Shown: positions 35,831 through 50,586 of the stretch, piece by piece
Position numbering within the stretch: the stretch's first letter is position 1
How the letters are laid out: each line of letters begins with the position of its first letter
From: the human T2T-CHM13v2.0 reference genome, Homo sapiens
Length of the DNA: 64,000 bases
Direction: 5' to 3' (one strand)
Assembly (NCBI RefSeq): GCF_009914755.1
Contig: NC_060931.1
The notes under the pieces: generated by a model
The model's input: only the letters and a program-made list of their open reading frames with translations
The model's database searches: none
Told to the model about the DNA's origin: nothing
Made by a program: the position numbers and the translations under genes

Positions 35831-37149
35831 TTATTTTGACAGATAATACTGTATATATGTCTAAGTAAATTAATTAAATATCTGAGTTTATTTTACATTT
35901 TAACATCATAAGATAATCACTAAACTTTACTACTGAATACTTATATACAAATGAAATGCCTTTTTCTTTTTAGAATAAACTTTAACTCGTACTTGTCAGT
36001 ATTCTAAATAAAAAATAACTCTAGAGTATTATCAAAATATAACAACAAAAAGGTAAAACTAAAATTGTAAATACTAAGTCTTCACATGCAGTCCTGTCTT
36101 AACTAAGAAGTGCCACCTAATACAATCTCTTACCTTAATGGACAGTGATCTCTTCTGACAGAGCTGTCTAAATTTCTCATTCTGTAAATTATAGGTGTAT
36201 TCAAATTATATTATGAGCATATATGGCTTTTAAATTACCATGATTTCATAAGCTTATCAATAGTATAGCAAAATCAAAATTTTACAACAACTTTAATATT
36301 GCTATTAACTTTCCGGTAGCAATTCACTTACAATAAATAGTATCCTACTTTTTTGTGTTCAAGATACTATCTACGAAAAGGTCTTAGAACTGTTTCCAAG
36401 TTACCCCATTTAATATACTAAAAATCTTTTTATAACAATTATTGTATTTAAGATACATATATTTCCCAAGTTATTAAATGAAATGCAATGTTTCAATAGA
36501 ATGTTTTACACTGAAGAATATTGAATAACATATTTAAATTGAATATTATTTTCCTCATATGAGTACAAAAAAGAGACAAACAAAATGATGTAATAAAGCT
36601 ACATCTCTTGAACATTCTGGTTATTTACATATTTTAAAATTCTGTTTTATTAAAAGCCAAATAGAGGCATGAAAAAATAATGCTATTCAGCAAAAGAAAG
36701 ATGTTAATGTAAAAAAAAATGGATTTCGTATTTGTTGGTTGCCTTTATAGTCAGTGGCTCTCCAACAATGAAAGAAATGTTGAATTATGTACTGGCAGCA
36801 CAGGGCAATAACACTATATAGCAAAATATTAATTAGCCATGATTAAATTAATAGGCAGTTCACCTATTTGCCCATTACTTGAGCATGAGATAAAGAATAG
36901 CTGAAAGTTATATTTTTTAAAAGTCAGTTGTATAGTCTTTTTGGTCATCATAACTAGCATTTGTATCATAAATTGCTATTATTGATGTGTTTTCACATAT
37001 GTTATCCAATTGAGACTCCTCTAAACTTTGTGAAGGATATTAATATTAAAATGTACACTTTAACACTGAAGTAAATGGTAGTCAGAGTAGTAAAATGACT
37101 TACTCAAGGAGATACATAGAAGTTGCATCAGTAAGAAATTAACCTTTCT

Positions 37150-37310
37150 TTCAATTCTGTTTTCCAGTAAAGTAACCACTATCCATACATGTTTATTTAA
37201 ACTTATAAAAATTACACAAAATGAAAAGTTCTGCTCTTCAGTCTCATTAGCCATACTGAAAGTGCTCAATGTGTATGTAGGTAGTACAATCAGAAAGTGA
37301 AGTAGAAGCA
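37150..37310. mobile_element. MER3/MER33-like hAT-Charlie MITE remnant
   Basis: cttcagtctcattagccatactgaaagtgctcaat resembles the MER3 core. Confidence 0.55.
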
Positions 37311-37319
37311 AGTAAGACC

Positions 37320-37860
37320 ATGTTAAGGCCTCTGTGAAACCTCAGTGGTGATGTTTCTGCTGCATTTTGGAGGGTAAATGTGTGTAGGCCAGAGATTAAA
37401 AGGTAAGGGAACAATGATATGTTTCAAAAAGAAGGAACAGTGTATGCCAAGGCATGGAGGTATGGAAAAGCATGTAGTAGTCGAGAACCTGCAATATATT
37501 TAATATGAAAAGTGTATGCCGATAAGGTTGTATATGTAGCAGGACTTTAATAGGATGTAGTTGGAGTGATCAACAGAAGCCAAATCATAAATTACTTTCC
37601 ATCACAGACTAAATTTTGTTTTCCTGAAGGACAATTTTGAATGATACAAGTATGGGGGTCAAAAGATATAATGTATGTTTACCTTAGAACTATTACTTTA
37701 GCAAAAGTGAAAATAGTGCATTGTTGGCAGGCAACATTGGAGAAGATGACCAAATCAGTAGACTGCTGATTTAATCAAGACAAACTGTTCTTCAACAAAA
37801 GGAGAAGCTGTGAAAAGGATTGAAAGCAGTTTCCAAAACTATGCATAAATGAATGAATCA
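37320..37860 (-). mobile_element. L2 remnant
   Basis: gaaggaacagtgtatgccaaggcatggaggtatgga motif. Confidence 0.55.
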
Positions 37861-40447
37861 ATTGGTTAGCACAACAAAATGCATCTCCATAATTTTTTAT
37901 CACTAAAATTTATAGGCTGTGTGTTTTAACAAGGTCTCAAACTACAATGCAATATACATTACATTGTATGTATACTGCAAAATATGTAATCTATGGGATT
38001 TACAAAAGTTCAAGGTGTTTCTGTCATATGTCATTTTAACCTTTCTATTTTCCAAAGCCAATGATTGATTACAATGGAAAAGCAATGACAAGTATCAAAT
38101 AAACTTTGGCATAAAGTTATTACATGACATTAGTACAAATTATAAATATGATAAAAAGAAAGACACTTATGGGACTAAATATCCCACTCAAGAGGCCAAA
38201 TTTCTGGAAGGTCCAAACTGAAGATACACAATCAATTTAACCAAACATACTTTAGCATTGAATCCCCAAGAATTAAAACACAAACTTTCCAAATTTAGGA
38301 CTGAATTTGAAATGATGACATTAATCATTTTACAAATATTTATAAGAATTTCTTGTGTAAACACCTTACCCAGAAACTGGAAGTAAGGATTGCAGATGTA
38401 ATTTTAAAACAGATTCTCTGTTTTAGAATATCAAAATAGAAAATTCATAATCAGTGTTACCAAATGGACTTCAGAATTCAAATTTTTATTTGGCTGGTTG
38501 CATTATTCATATATTCATTCCACTAATGTTTATGTAGCCCCTACTTATGAATACTATGCAAGCAAGAGCTAGTAATAAGAATAAAGGTATATTTTCTTCT
38601 TTTCTTGAGTTTACAGATTGAAATGTGATTTCTGTACTATCCAGCTGGCTGGCAAGGAGACCTCTGAGGATAACTTTATATTATGCTAGGAGATACATCT
38701 TACAATTTCTCATAATATTGAAATGCTTTACATATATGGAAACTGAAGGAAAAAAGGGAGGAAATTACTTTCAATGTCATGATTTTTGAGCAGCAAAGCC
38801 TATATTCATATCCAGGAGTAATTTTAATATTTCTCCTATACCATGTATTTTAACTATACTAATTTCCTTTTCGTTATAGTCAGATATACTTTTTTTCCAA
38901 GTCATTGACTAACCTTCAACAACTGTAGGTGAAGAAGAAATGTAAAATTGATATAAAGAAATGCAGAACAAAAACATTATTACACAAGGGCTCTGATAAG
39001 GGTTTGGTAATCTTATCTCTGAAGGTTTGCTAGCAATACTCACTTCGTTTTTAACAAAAATAAACACATTTTCTGATAAAAAAAAAAAAAAAAAGAAAGC
39101 TGACATCTGATTAGCCAGATGGCCCCGTGTGGTAGCACTTTCACATCCAGGACATATCTGTCAGTCCCCTCAAAGTTTACTTATGTAAATAGAGAAAATA
39201 TGAGTTATTAATTTACTGAGTGTGACATAACATTTTACCAAATTCTCACAAGTTTATTTTCTTAAAATTGAGGATGAAAATGCAAGCTACCTTTTCATAT
39301 GAATCCTTTAAAATGACAAGTACCTGATTAGAATTAAAGGGAAATAAAATGATCTGTGATTCTAATTTACAAGGCAACATCTCCTGAGCAGAAACAGTTG
39401 GTATAAAGGAATCTCCTGAGTAGCACAAAGCACCAACAGGCTAAAATTACTTTCTAGTACGTCACCTTCAAGCTGGTGCCCAGTTTCTGCCTTTTTACCT
39501 TATGTTTGCTTCTCATTCCCATATTGTGCCTGTTGCCTTCCATTACATCAGGAGTAAAAACTTGTTTTCACTCTTCCGCATTCTCTCCAAAATAATTCCT
39601 TAGAGATCAAATTTCACTGAAGGGTTTATTTTCCCTTTTATTCTTAACAATTAAAAATTATATGCTAAGCAGCCTAGATGTTAATGACTGATAATAGTTT
39701 CTCCACGACGAACATACTCTCTAAATTTCTAAGTGTCAAAATCTTGGCAGATATCAAGGTGTATCTTAAATGCCACTTCCTTTATCAATCACTCTTGATT
39801 TTTCCCTGTCACCATCGACAACTCTGTTTCCCTCACTAAAATGTCAGTTAGTATATATTCCTGTGCCCCAATGAAAATTTATCAATAACTAATCCATACG
39901 ACTTTTGATATTCTCAAAATGTATTTTACATTTGTATGTACCAATTTCAAACACTTCAGGACAACACATTTGCACTAGTACCCTCAAGAAGTGTTGAGCT
40001 GATCAGGGACTTAAACCTACTGTTTAATTATCTTCTATTAATATAATGTTTAAACTTATAAATACCCCAGAGTATGAACTACAGATATTTTCAAAAAATC
40101 AGAACTCATTAAAAGACTGTTTCTTATCCAATTCTTCCTTAAAAATCATAAAGGTATGAATGCACTTAAATAATAAACTTACAGATCATTTTGGAAATTA
40201 TATTTAGATTGACGATGAATAAAAATAATAGTTCCTGCATTGTTCTACCCTAAAATATGACCACATAAGTCATTAAATACACATCAACACAAATAGAACT
40301 TTCAACATGTTCTAAAGTCCTATCAATTATTTACTATATTTTTCATAATTTATTATTTTGGTTGAGCTTAAATATGTTAATCATCTTAGGAGTTTCATCT
40401 CAGGAGGTTCACAGTATTTGAATCCAAATTTTCAATGTAATTCTATG

Positions 40448-40499
40448 ATTATCTACGCATTTCCACTGCATAAATTATCTAAGCATTTCCACTGCATAA
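40448..40499. repeat. 26-bp tandem duplication (1 mismatch)
   Basis: attatcta(c/a)gcatttccactgcataa x2. Confidence 0.92.
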
Positions 40500-41559
40500 A
40501 AATGGCATGGGGAAAAATAAAGTCTTCTAAATGCCCTCACATTTTCTCCATTTTTAGGAGTATGTACAGGTTTGAAAAAAGTTATCTATTCTGTTTCTGC
40601 CTATCCTCTATGGTTGATGTATAATAGTGTTGCAAAATTTGTATCAACAAAACACTCTTAAAATTTGTCCATTTATAAAATTCCAATTTGTGTATATCTT
40701 AACATTTTGAATCTAGAAGTATATTCTACTAATAAATGCCAGTGAAAATTAAATTCTAACTTGGAATCCACTTACAACCAAAACATCCAGATACAATGAG
40801 AGGGAAAAAGTCAGATTAAATCTCATCTAGAAGCTGCCAGCTATAAAAGTGTTTCCAAATAGGCTATTAAAGAAAGTGGTGGAGTCTCCAAGATGTCATG
40901 ATTTCATGACTCCCAGGGAACATGATGGTGGCTGACCATGTTTTAGTTCAGCATTGGGAGCACTGAAAAATTAGCAGACAATCGGGCAAAGGGAAAATGC
41001 TGTGCAAGGTATTCATTTCTAAAAATGAATATTACTGGATTTTTACATGACTCCAGATAATCAGAAAATCTGGGCTTGAGATGATGAATTTCATGGCCAC
41101 CTAGTAACAACCATTTGAAATCTTAGTCAAACAAATCCTCAGGGAATTTGAGTTGTGTTCCCTAGTTACAAAGAACATTATGCCAGTGAGCATTAAGTCC
41201 ATATATACAACATGAAGATTGCATGGTGGAGAGGCTCAGAGGACAAGTAGGAATATGAAGAATCTTTTAATGTATAATTTTCATATAAAAACAAATGTGA
41301 ATTCATTATGTAGAGGAAAGCAAAATTAACATGACTCTTTCTCATGTGAAAATCTGATTTGGAAGAAGATTCAAGGTATAGAGAAATGGAAATCAAACTT
41401 CAGATTCTACTCTTAGCCTTCTGCGACAAAATATATTCCTTTGCCTCTGCACATATTTTACCACAAATATCTGTAAGTCACTACTATAAAGTGTTCTAAT
41501 ATCAAGAGATCATGAATTTTCCCCAAAATTACTGAGGTTGAATATATGAGGTTCATTTC

Positions 41560-42030
41560 AATAACCGTGAAGAGTTCTTGGAATTTTAACTAACGTGTAA
41601 GCTAACAATTTAGCCTGTTGCAGGTTCATATATGTTGGCAGAAGATTCAAGACTCCTGGGACAGTCATAGAACTTTATTGCTCAGGACACAGCAGACAGC
41701 ATGATCTTGAAGTTCATGCCAGCTTTGCTTGTCCCGTGAGTCCCACAGGGTGATGGAGAATGGACCAGGAGGATGCTGTCTTTGCTGCCTCATGACCTTT
41801 TCTGGACCACAAGCAAACATAGCTGAACTTTGTCCCAAAGAGAAACATCATTTTTATTACACTTAGGAGTAAATAAACCTGCCTTAATTCTGGAATAAAG
41901 CAAAATCTCCATCTCCTTTTCAATGATGTTTGTGTGCTATGAAAAAATCATTGAAAAGACAGTACAGAACAAAAGCCATGAGTGCCTCTGCTTATAACAC
42001 ACATGTAAAGGCGAGAGGCCCATTCTACTT
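41560..42030 (-). mobile_element. ERVL LTR (LTR40-like)
   Basis: aagctaacaatttagcctg...ggcagaagattcaagactcctggg...gagtgcctctgctta matches my recollection of the LTR40 reverse complement. Confidence 0.65.
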
Positions 42031-43083
42031 TTCTCCACTGTCTTGATTTCTGGTGAATTGTCCCATGAGAATGTTGTTCTGCCAACCGTTCTGATTAATA
42101 AAAACGACAGACAGTCGGGAAAAAATAATCTCAGTTGTTTCATACAGCATTTAATTCAGACTATCAGCAGAATTCCAAATTTAAAATAAGGCTAATCTGT
42201 CATATTAACCTTGAAACTTCCCCCTAAGTTTCCAGATTCAACCAGGTGAAAAAAAAATCACAAACTACCTTGGCCCTCAAGAATGAATTATAGTGAAATT
42301 CTAGCACCCAAAACAATCTTGGCCACTGAGTTGAGCCTGACCTGAATGTCTTCCATGGCAGATGTGATATTTCTATAAACACTTAAAGATCTCTTACGAC
42401 ACCACATAATGTATGAGCTGTTATATTTTTGAAATAGGAGTGCATTAATGCCTGGTTTTCATATAAAGAAGTGCAAATTTGAGGACATACATGGTGACCC
42501 TAGAAAGAAATGTATTGGCTATACTTTATTGCCACCCTCTCCGAAAATGGGGGACATTTGCTGGTAAGCAGAAGTTGACAGTGCCTCCAATGTGGCCTCC
42601 TGGTCAGCTAATAGGTTTTAGGGATCCTAGTTCAGTTAAAATAATTGAGTGTAGTTGTTGTTAGAGAAATGTCCAAAGTCAGGCAGTCAAATCTCACCTA
42701 CTTGTTTACACCAGCAGTCATGGGACATTCAACTTCCCTAGAGAAAGAGAGAGTAATGTCTCAGGAGCATGATAGAGAAGATATCTGAAGAAGTTGAATG
42801 GTGTCTTTTGTGAGAGGTGCTGAAGCTGGGGTCATACCTTACTGTTTCTAATAGAATTCTGAGTAATGTTGAGGGAAATGGCAGTAATATCATGATCAGA
42901 ACTATGTTGCTGGAGTAGCAGACCCAAGAGTTATACTTAAGATACTTGCTAAAGTTTTCAAAAGGCTATAGCCTATCTTTAAATAGAAAATCTACATATA
43001 TTCAACTACATATGTATATATGTTCAATTATAGTAGACACTGTTTATAATCCATCTAAAACTATGTGTTGTCACACTTGGAAG

Positions 43084-43263
43084 GTCCTATATATATAGGA
43101 CACACACACACACACATATATAGGACATATATATATAGGACTATATACATATAGGACATATATATAGGACATATATATATACACACACACACATACATAC
43201 ACACATATATACACACACATACATACATATATATATACACACATATATATATGTGTGTGTGTG
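43084..43263. repeat. Compound (TA)n/(CA)n microsatellite with recurring TATAGGAC units
   Basis: Seen directly. Confidence 0.92.
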
Positions 43264-43307
43264 CTTATGTGTAGGCGTATAGAGATTGCTAGATTTTGTC
43301 ATACTGA

Positions 43308-43613
<306 letters not shown>

Positions 43614-44469
43614 ATACTGATTCATTTTTTAAATAGTGTACAAAATCATTATTAAATTTAGGTCATGAAATTAAACTTTGACATTTATAAATATGTTTTA
43701 TAGTACAGTATATGACTAATTTGGTACATATTGTTAAGTATTTTATGCTTGGTAAAGAAAAACGAGAGTTTCTATTCCAGTCAGATCAATTAATTACAAG
43801 CACAGTTTTGAATACTGAAACTAATCTATGTCATATTTTCATATTTATAATCAATTTTCAGTATGACAATATGTATTTTATGAGAAAAGCCACTAAAAAG
43901 TACTCTATTAGACACAGTATTTAATGGAAATCCCACAACCCCTGCCATTCACAGCACCTTCTTGTTTTGTCTTGGAATGGCTTCCTCAAAAATGAATTCA
44001 AAATGATTTCTGATCCAACCTTCCTCACTTTCTCTGTTCCACATATAGGTAAGAAACTCTTTTATTTGGGGGTATAAATTTTACATGAAAATGTTAAGTC
44101 AATTATCAAATTAATTGAAATTTTATATAATCTAATACTTATTATTTAATCTTTGCTTTACTCACCAATTATTCATAAAGATGTGTTCAAAACCACTTGT
44201 TTATCAATATTTAAAAAATAAAGATTATGAGGTGAATCTGAATAATCATTTTATTTTTCTACCATATTTATATAGACACAAACATGTATTATACTATTTT
44301 CCTTAAACTGTGCTTTTACTACAAAGTCGTCCATTTTATTTTTGTCTCTTAATTATGCTTTGTTTTCACAGCAACATCTAATTAAATTAAGACCTTGAAA
44401 ACAAGTAAATTAATGAATTCCGTTTTAACAGCCTCGGCTTAATTGGAATTGGTTCTCATAATATTCAAA

Positions 44470-44692
44470 TTTAATACATATATACACACATATGTACATA
44501 TACATATATAATACATATACACTTATATAATGTATGTATACATCTTATACACATATATACATAAATACATAGATCATATATTTATATATTTCAATAAATA
44601 TTAAATATATTTATATAAATAGTGTTTATGCACATTACATAAATATCTGTATAAATAGATATAGTGGGAGAAAGAGCACACACACACACAAA
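44470..44692. repeat. AT-rich low-complexity (TA/CA) tract
   Basis: Seen directly. Confidence 0.75.
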
Positions 44693-45507
44693 TTATTACT
44701 AGTTTCAAAATCCACCTTATTATCTACTAGATATGTATGTTTAGAAAATTTGCCACATTAAGTGGTTATGAGAACTAAATATTTATAAAGTTTTGTTAGT
44801 AATGTTGTTTAAGTAGTGTCTGGTACATCATAAACATTATATAACTATATGTGATGAAAAAGATAAATAGACAAAGTTCTTTAATTCAATCTGTCAGTAT
44901 AGTTCTAGGCTATATGCCAGATAAAAATATATTTTGCTTATACATTTTAAAAAATTTTTAAATACTCAGGGATATTTATAAATAAATATCTGCATATTTC
45001 ATTTGTATGTTTACAAGCCTTCAAATAATATGCAGGATGATGCTTTACTTAATTCAGCTATTATTTTAATTGCTATTTTCCTTCCTAAATGTTGCATTAA
45101 TCCTTTTTACTTTTATTTGAACATAATTGTATTTGTATCCCATCTGCCTTTTATTACCACTAGGAAACTGTTGGTAAACATCAATTTTATAGGTGGCTTC
45201 AGATTATTTTATGTTTTTAAATATTAGAAATACTCTGTTTATATAGTAAGCATGTTCTAGAAAATTATTGAAGAATCCAGTAACAGTATTGAATACCAAT
45301 AGCCGATGAGTTACCATTAATGTTATTTCAGAGGTAGATATATCCCTTGACTACTATGATTTTATCTGTTTATTTCTCAATTTCCTATGAGCTATCTTAT
45401 GATGAAAATCATGAAAAATTAACATATCAACATACCCAATGCCTATATATTTGATTAATAGAGTTTAATATCACAGATCTAAAGTCAAGACAGGGCAAGT
45501 AAATTGC

Positions 45508-45651
45508 AACAATACTGGTATTTAAAATTCATTAGTCTTGGCGCGCTACTGTAGTAACAATACTGGTATTTACTGTAGTGACAATACTGGTATTTACTGT
45601 AGTGACAATACTGGTATTTAAAATTCGTTGGTCTTGGCGAGCTACTGTAGT
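45508..45651. repeat. Nested tandem repeat, units of 48-24-24-48 bp
   Basis: Units 45508-55, 45556-79, 45580-603 and 45604-51 share (a/g)acaatactggtattta...ctgtagt. Confidence 0.95.
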
Positions 45652-46100
45652 AATTGTCTTAAAATAACTACTTTCATCTAAGAAAATAAATGAATTAATA
45701 CAGGAACAAATGTTAGAATAGATGCATGTAAAATTTGATTACAAATTTGGTGGCTGATAATAATAATTAATGATTTGTTCTTTCGTTAGAGTTAGAAACT
45801 CCATATGCAAGTGCTTTATTTTATCCCAATCCCTGTAATAGTCACTTACTTTAAAAAGAAAAAAGAATATGGCAGTTTATGTTTTATGTTGTCCTCAGAG
45901 AAAAGCCATGATCTAAATTATTAATTTATTTATTCTGCTATCAAGGAACAATTATTTTTTAGTTTCCCTCATTGCTTCAAACTTTAATGTATCTGTTCAG
46001 CTAAATAAATTACATATTAAACATTAAAAAAAAGCAACTCCAGACACTTGAAAGAGAAAAACTGTGATTTAAGCGTGTGTCTGGCACCTTCACATTTCTA

Positions 46101-46539
46101 TAATATGATTCCTAAGACTGCTGTAATAAAATACCACAAACAGATTTGCCTAAAACAACAGAAACTTATTCTCTCACAGTTCTGAAGGCAGAGCGGTCCA
46201 AACTCAAGTATCAGTAAAGTCATTTTCCTTCTGAAGGCTCTAGTAAATAATCCTTCCTAGCTTTTAATCGTTGCTGGCAGTCATTTTCATTACTTGGTGT
46301 GCAGCAGAAGATTCTGCTTTTATTGTCACATGGCCTTCTCTCTATGTCTGCCTCTTAGCAAGCATCTAGATTGCTCCTCTTATAAGAAAATCATTCATTG
46401 GCTTAGGACCCACCCTAATCCAGTATGACCTCATTTTACATTGATTACACGTGCAAAAAACCTATTACCAGATAAAATTACATACACATCTTGGGAGTTG
46501 GGACTTCAACATATCTTTTGGGAGAAGTAACCTATAGCA
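46101..46539 (-). mobile_element. MLT1 (B/C-like) LTR
   Basis: gctgtaataaaataccacaaac...ttattctctcacagttctg...ggacttcaacatatcttttggg. Confidence 0.82.
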
Positions 46540-46950
46540 TTACTTCTTTTTTTTTTCCTTCTGTGGCATTTTCTGCACTTCTTTACTGCTAATTTTTTTC
46601 TTTCTCTGTCTTCTGTCTTTCCTATCAGATGTGTATTTTTCTCTTCAACTCTAAAAAATTATTTGAGCATTTGCTTTACAAATAGTGAGGTAAGCTGCAT
46701 CATTCTCGTTTTTAAATATATGAAGCTATGTTGTAAAATCATGTTTTGTTTTAAACAAACAATTATTAAAATAATAACTTTTGTTTAAGATCATGCACAT
46801 CAAGACTGTAACTCTGGCACCCAAAATATACAATGTAGCCCTCCACCATGGATGTGTCTTCCATGGTTTTGTAAATTCAGTTATAAATAACACATCACGT
46901 GTTACCTTTTTATATAACAATCAAAATGACCACAAGTTCTATTTAAGAAT

Positions 46951-47426
46951 TATATTAGGCAAGGTTTTCCAGAGTACCAGTAGGAGATATAGAGATAGAT
47001 ACATTTATGTAGACATACAGGTATAGATATATACATCTATGTACCTCCCTATCCATAAAGAGAGAGATTATGAGAAATTGGCTCACATGACTTTGGAGGA
47101 TGAGAAGTCCCACTATCTGATGTCTACAAACTGGAGAACCAAAAATTGAGTGGTGTAATTCAGTCATAGTCCAAAAGCCCAAGACCAGCGGGGCTGATGG
47201 TGTAAATTCCCATACAAAGGCAGAAGAAGCTTAAGAAGCAATGCTAAATGGAGTGAAAGATTTATTTCATCTCCTTCTGTTCTATTCAGGCCTTCAATAG
47301 ATAGGATGATACTTACACACTCTGGAAGGACAATCTACTTTACTGCGTCCAGTGATTCAAATCTAATCTCATCCAGAAACGTTGTCACAGATTCATCCAG
47401 AAATAATGTTTAATCTGCTATCTGGG
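46951..47426 (-). mobile_element. MLT2 (B/D-like) ERVL LTR
   Basis: aattggctcacatgactttggagg...ccagaaataatgtttaa. Confidence 0.8.
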
Positions 47427-47844
47427 TGCAATGGTTTGAATGTGTCGCCTCCAAAATTCGTATTAAAAAGTAATCTCCATTGTAGTGGTATTAAGAGATG
47501 GAATTTTGGGGGAAGTAATTAAGTCATGAGCACTCTGCCCTCATGAATGAATTAGTGCCTTGTCAAAAAGGGCTAGAGGAAACTAGTTCAGGCCATTTTG
47601 CTTTTCTAAATCCACCATGTGAGGACACAGTGTTTGTTTCTTCCAGGCAATGTAGCAACAAGGTGCTACATTGAAATTACAGAACCCTCTACACTGAAAG
47701 TAGAGAACCCTCGCTGGACAATGAACTGGCTTGTACATTGATTTTGGATTTCTGAGCCTCCAAAAGGGTGAGAATTAAATACCTTTTTTTTTTTTTTTTT
47801 TTACAAATTACCCAGTCTCAGGTATTTTGTTACAGTGGCAGAAA
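47427..47844 (+). mobile_element. MST (C/D-like) MaLR LTR, inserted at the MLT2 end
   Basis: tgcaatggtttgaatgtgtc...aattacccagtctcaggtattttgttacag. Confidence 0.8.
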
Positions 47845-48019
47845 TTTTTTTTAAATTTTTTAATTTTAAAAATAAAAAATAGAGTAACATATTAATGTCA
47901 TTATTAAAGTATATTTTTCAGAAAGTTAAAATAATTTACAGGTAAATATAAAATGAACATGTGTCAAAAATTGTATTTAAATCATTAGTTAATACAAGAA
48001 TCCAGTGATTTTTTTTTTT

Positions 48020-50165
48020 AGCACTTTCATCCCACTGCTTTCAGGCCTTCATGGTTTCTGATGAGAAATTGGCTGTTAATCTTATTGAGAATCCTTTACA
48101 CGAGATGAATTATTTATCTCTTGAAGCTGTTAAGAGTCTCTCTTTGTTTCTTTGTCTTTTTAAGTTTGACTATATGTCTAGATGTAGATCTGAGTAAGTT
48201 TTCCCTACATGGAACTTCTTAGATGATTTAGGTTTTTCATCAAATTTGTCAAGTTTTCTGCCATTAGTTATGCAAATATTTTCTACTCTTTTTTGTTTTA
48301 ATCTCTGCTCTTTTGATATCCCATTGTATATTGTTAGTGTGCTTGCTGCTGTCCCAGAAGAGTCTGAAATTGTTTATTTTTCTTCATGCATTCCTTTTTT
48401 CTGTTACTCGGATGGAATGATCTCAGTTGATCTATCTTCAAGTTGATTAATTCTTTTTGCACCGGTTCAAATCTGCTGTGATTTTTAATTGAAATTATTT
48501 TGGTAATAATTTTATTTATTATATGTTTTAGCTACAAGAATATTATTCAATTCTTTTTAATAATTATTGTATTTTTATTTACATCCTCTGGTGAGAAATT
48601 GTTCTCATACATTTCTTTATTTCTTTAGATGTGGTTTGTTTCAGCTCCTTGTACATATTTAAATTGGTTGATTTAAGGCTTTTGTCTAGGAAGTCCAATA
48701 TCTGGGCTTCTTCAAGTATAGTTTACATTGATTGTTTTTTGTTTCCTATGTGTTGACCTTTTTTTTCTGGGTCTTTGCATGCCTCATAATTATTTTGGTT
48801 ATGAACTAGACATATTGCATATTATAATGTGATAAATTTGAAAATTATATCTCTCCTATCCCCATGATTTGTTGCTGTTACTAATTATTGTAGTTTATAT
48901 TGTCTATTAATTTTTCCAAATAAATTCTAATCATTAGATGATTATTTCATTAAGTGCCTGAGACCAAAAAAAAAAAAAAATTCCAAACTTTACTAAGGGA
49001 CTCTGTGAATGTGCTGGCTTTAACTTTCAACACCCAGGAGTTTAAAACGTTGTCTTAGTCTTCATTTACTAAGCCTCAAGGTCAACTACAGGTGAGAACT
49101 TACAAACTTCTCAGTTATTTATTGAGCATGTGCACAGCCATTGCTAGGTGTGTGGCCTTCTACAATCCCAGTAATACATCAGAACTTCTCAAAGACTTTT
49201 AGGATATCTTACTCCAGAACATTTGTTATGAGCTCAATGTTTGTGTCCCCTCAAAATTCATATGTTGAAGCCAGATCCCCAGTGTGGCAGCATTTGAGGA
49301 TGGGCCCTCTAAGGAAGAGTAATTAAGGTTGAATGAGATATAAAATTGGGGCCTTGATTTGATAGGATGTGTGTTCTTAAAAGGAAAGACATTAGGGGCT
49401 TTTCTTCTCCATGCCCCCTGTACATGCACAGAGCAAAGACCAGGTGAAGACCCGGTGAGAAAACCGCTGTCTGCAAGGAAGGTGCAGAGCCCGCAGCAGA
49501 ATCTGAACCTGATGGACCTTGATCTGATATTTTTTGCCTCTAGAACTCTGAGAAAACAAGTTTCTGTCACTTAAGGCACCCAGTTTTTGGTATTTTGTTA
49601 TAGCATCTCAAGTAGACTACTATAGCACTTTTTCCCCCGAATTTTGATTAATGTTTTGTTTGCCCTCACTACTACCTGTCACCTCAGGCAGCTGTGACTA
49701 AAACATTTCCCTGTAAATGTTTTGGAAAAGGTCTCACGCACCCCATATACACACATAACAGCTTTCGGACAGGGCTAGTTCCAACAGTCCAGTAAAATAA
49801 ACACTAGCCTTTTCAACAAGTGTCCCACAGAGTCATGAGACAGGAGAAAGCACATCATTAAAATTATTTTTTAATTACTTCCATTCTTCTCCCTCTGGTA
49901 CTCCATATGCAGGCTGTTATTCACAACTACCACTGAACTGGGGATTAGGGGACAGAGCTATGTTAGTCAACATACTACAAACTTGCTTTTTTTTTTTAAG
50001 ATTACCCGTTTTTCTTAAATAAGAGGTTCCTGTGTTGCTGCAATACTTTGCTTAATTTCAGAGTTTTGAAAAATTGACTTTGCTATTTTTGCCAATTTTT
50101 TCATTGCTTTTAAGGAGACTAGAATTTTGGAGTTTCTTTCTCTGCGTTTTTGCTGATGTCTTCCT
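48020..50165 (-). mobile_element. Old L1M ORF1/5' region, interrupted by MLT1A
   Basis: ttcatggtttctgatgagaaattggctgttaatcttattgag and similar antisense ORF1 motifs. Confidence 0.7.
49224..49624 (+). mobile_element. MLT1A-like LTR
   Basis: tgttatgagctcaatgtttgtgtcccctcaaaattcatatgttgaag...ggtattttgttatagca. Confidence 0.85.
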
Positions 50166-50586
50166 TCAGGTGGTATATTTTAAAATGTTGTTAGAATACA
50201 ACTTTTTATTCCCTTTAGGATGGTATTTACCTGCCTGTGTTGTGGTTTCTCTGCTATGGATTTTCCAGCAATCTAACCCCATTTACAGTATATAATTCAG
50301 AGATCACTTTAAAGATCTATCTGAAGTTGATAAAAGTATATTTTAGGATGGATTTATAGTATCATTTTCTTTTAAAAAATATATATAAATGTGTGTGTTT
50401 GAGAAAGAAGAAAGTGATATACATGCTTCATCTACCATCTTTATCTGATTTTTAATTTTTTTAGATTATGTTCATGTTATGGTTTAAATTTTTCATACCA
50501 GAATTTCTCATTTTATAGTCAAGCAATTAAAAGATTAGGAAGGTAAGAAATAATTACAGAAACTTGATGTCTCAGTATTTAGTAAA

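Noticed and set aside
45508-45651. CRISPR-like repeat/spacer appearance
   Set aside because: The spacers are absent or near-identical, there are no cas genes, and the context is primate; this is a tandem duplication.
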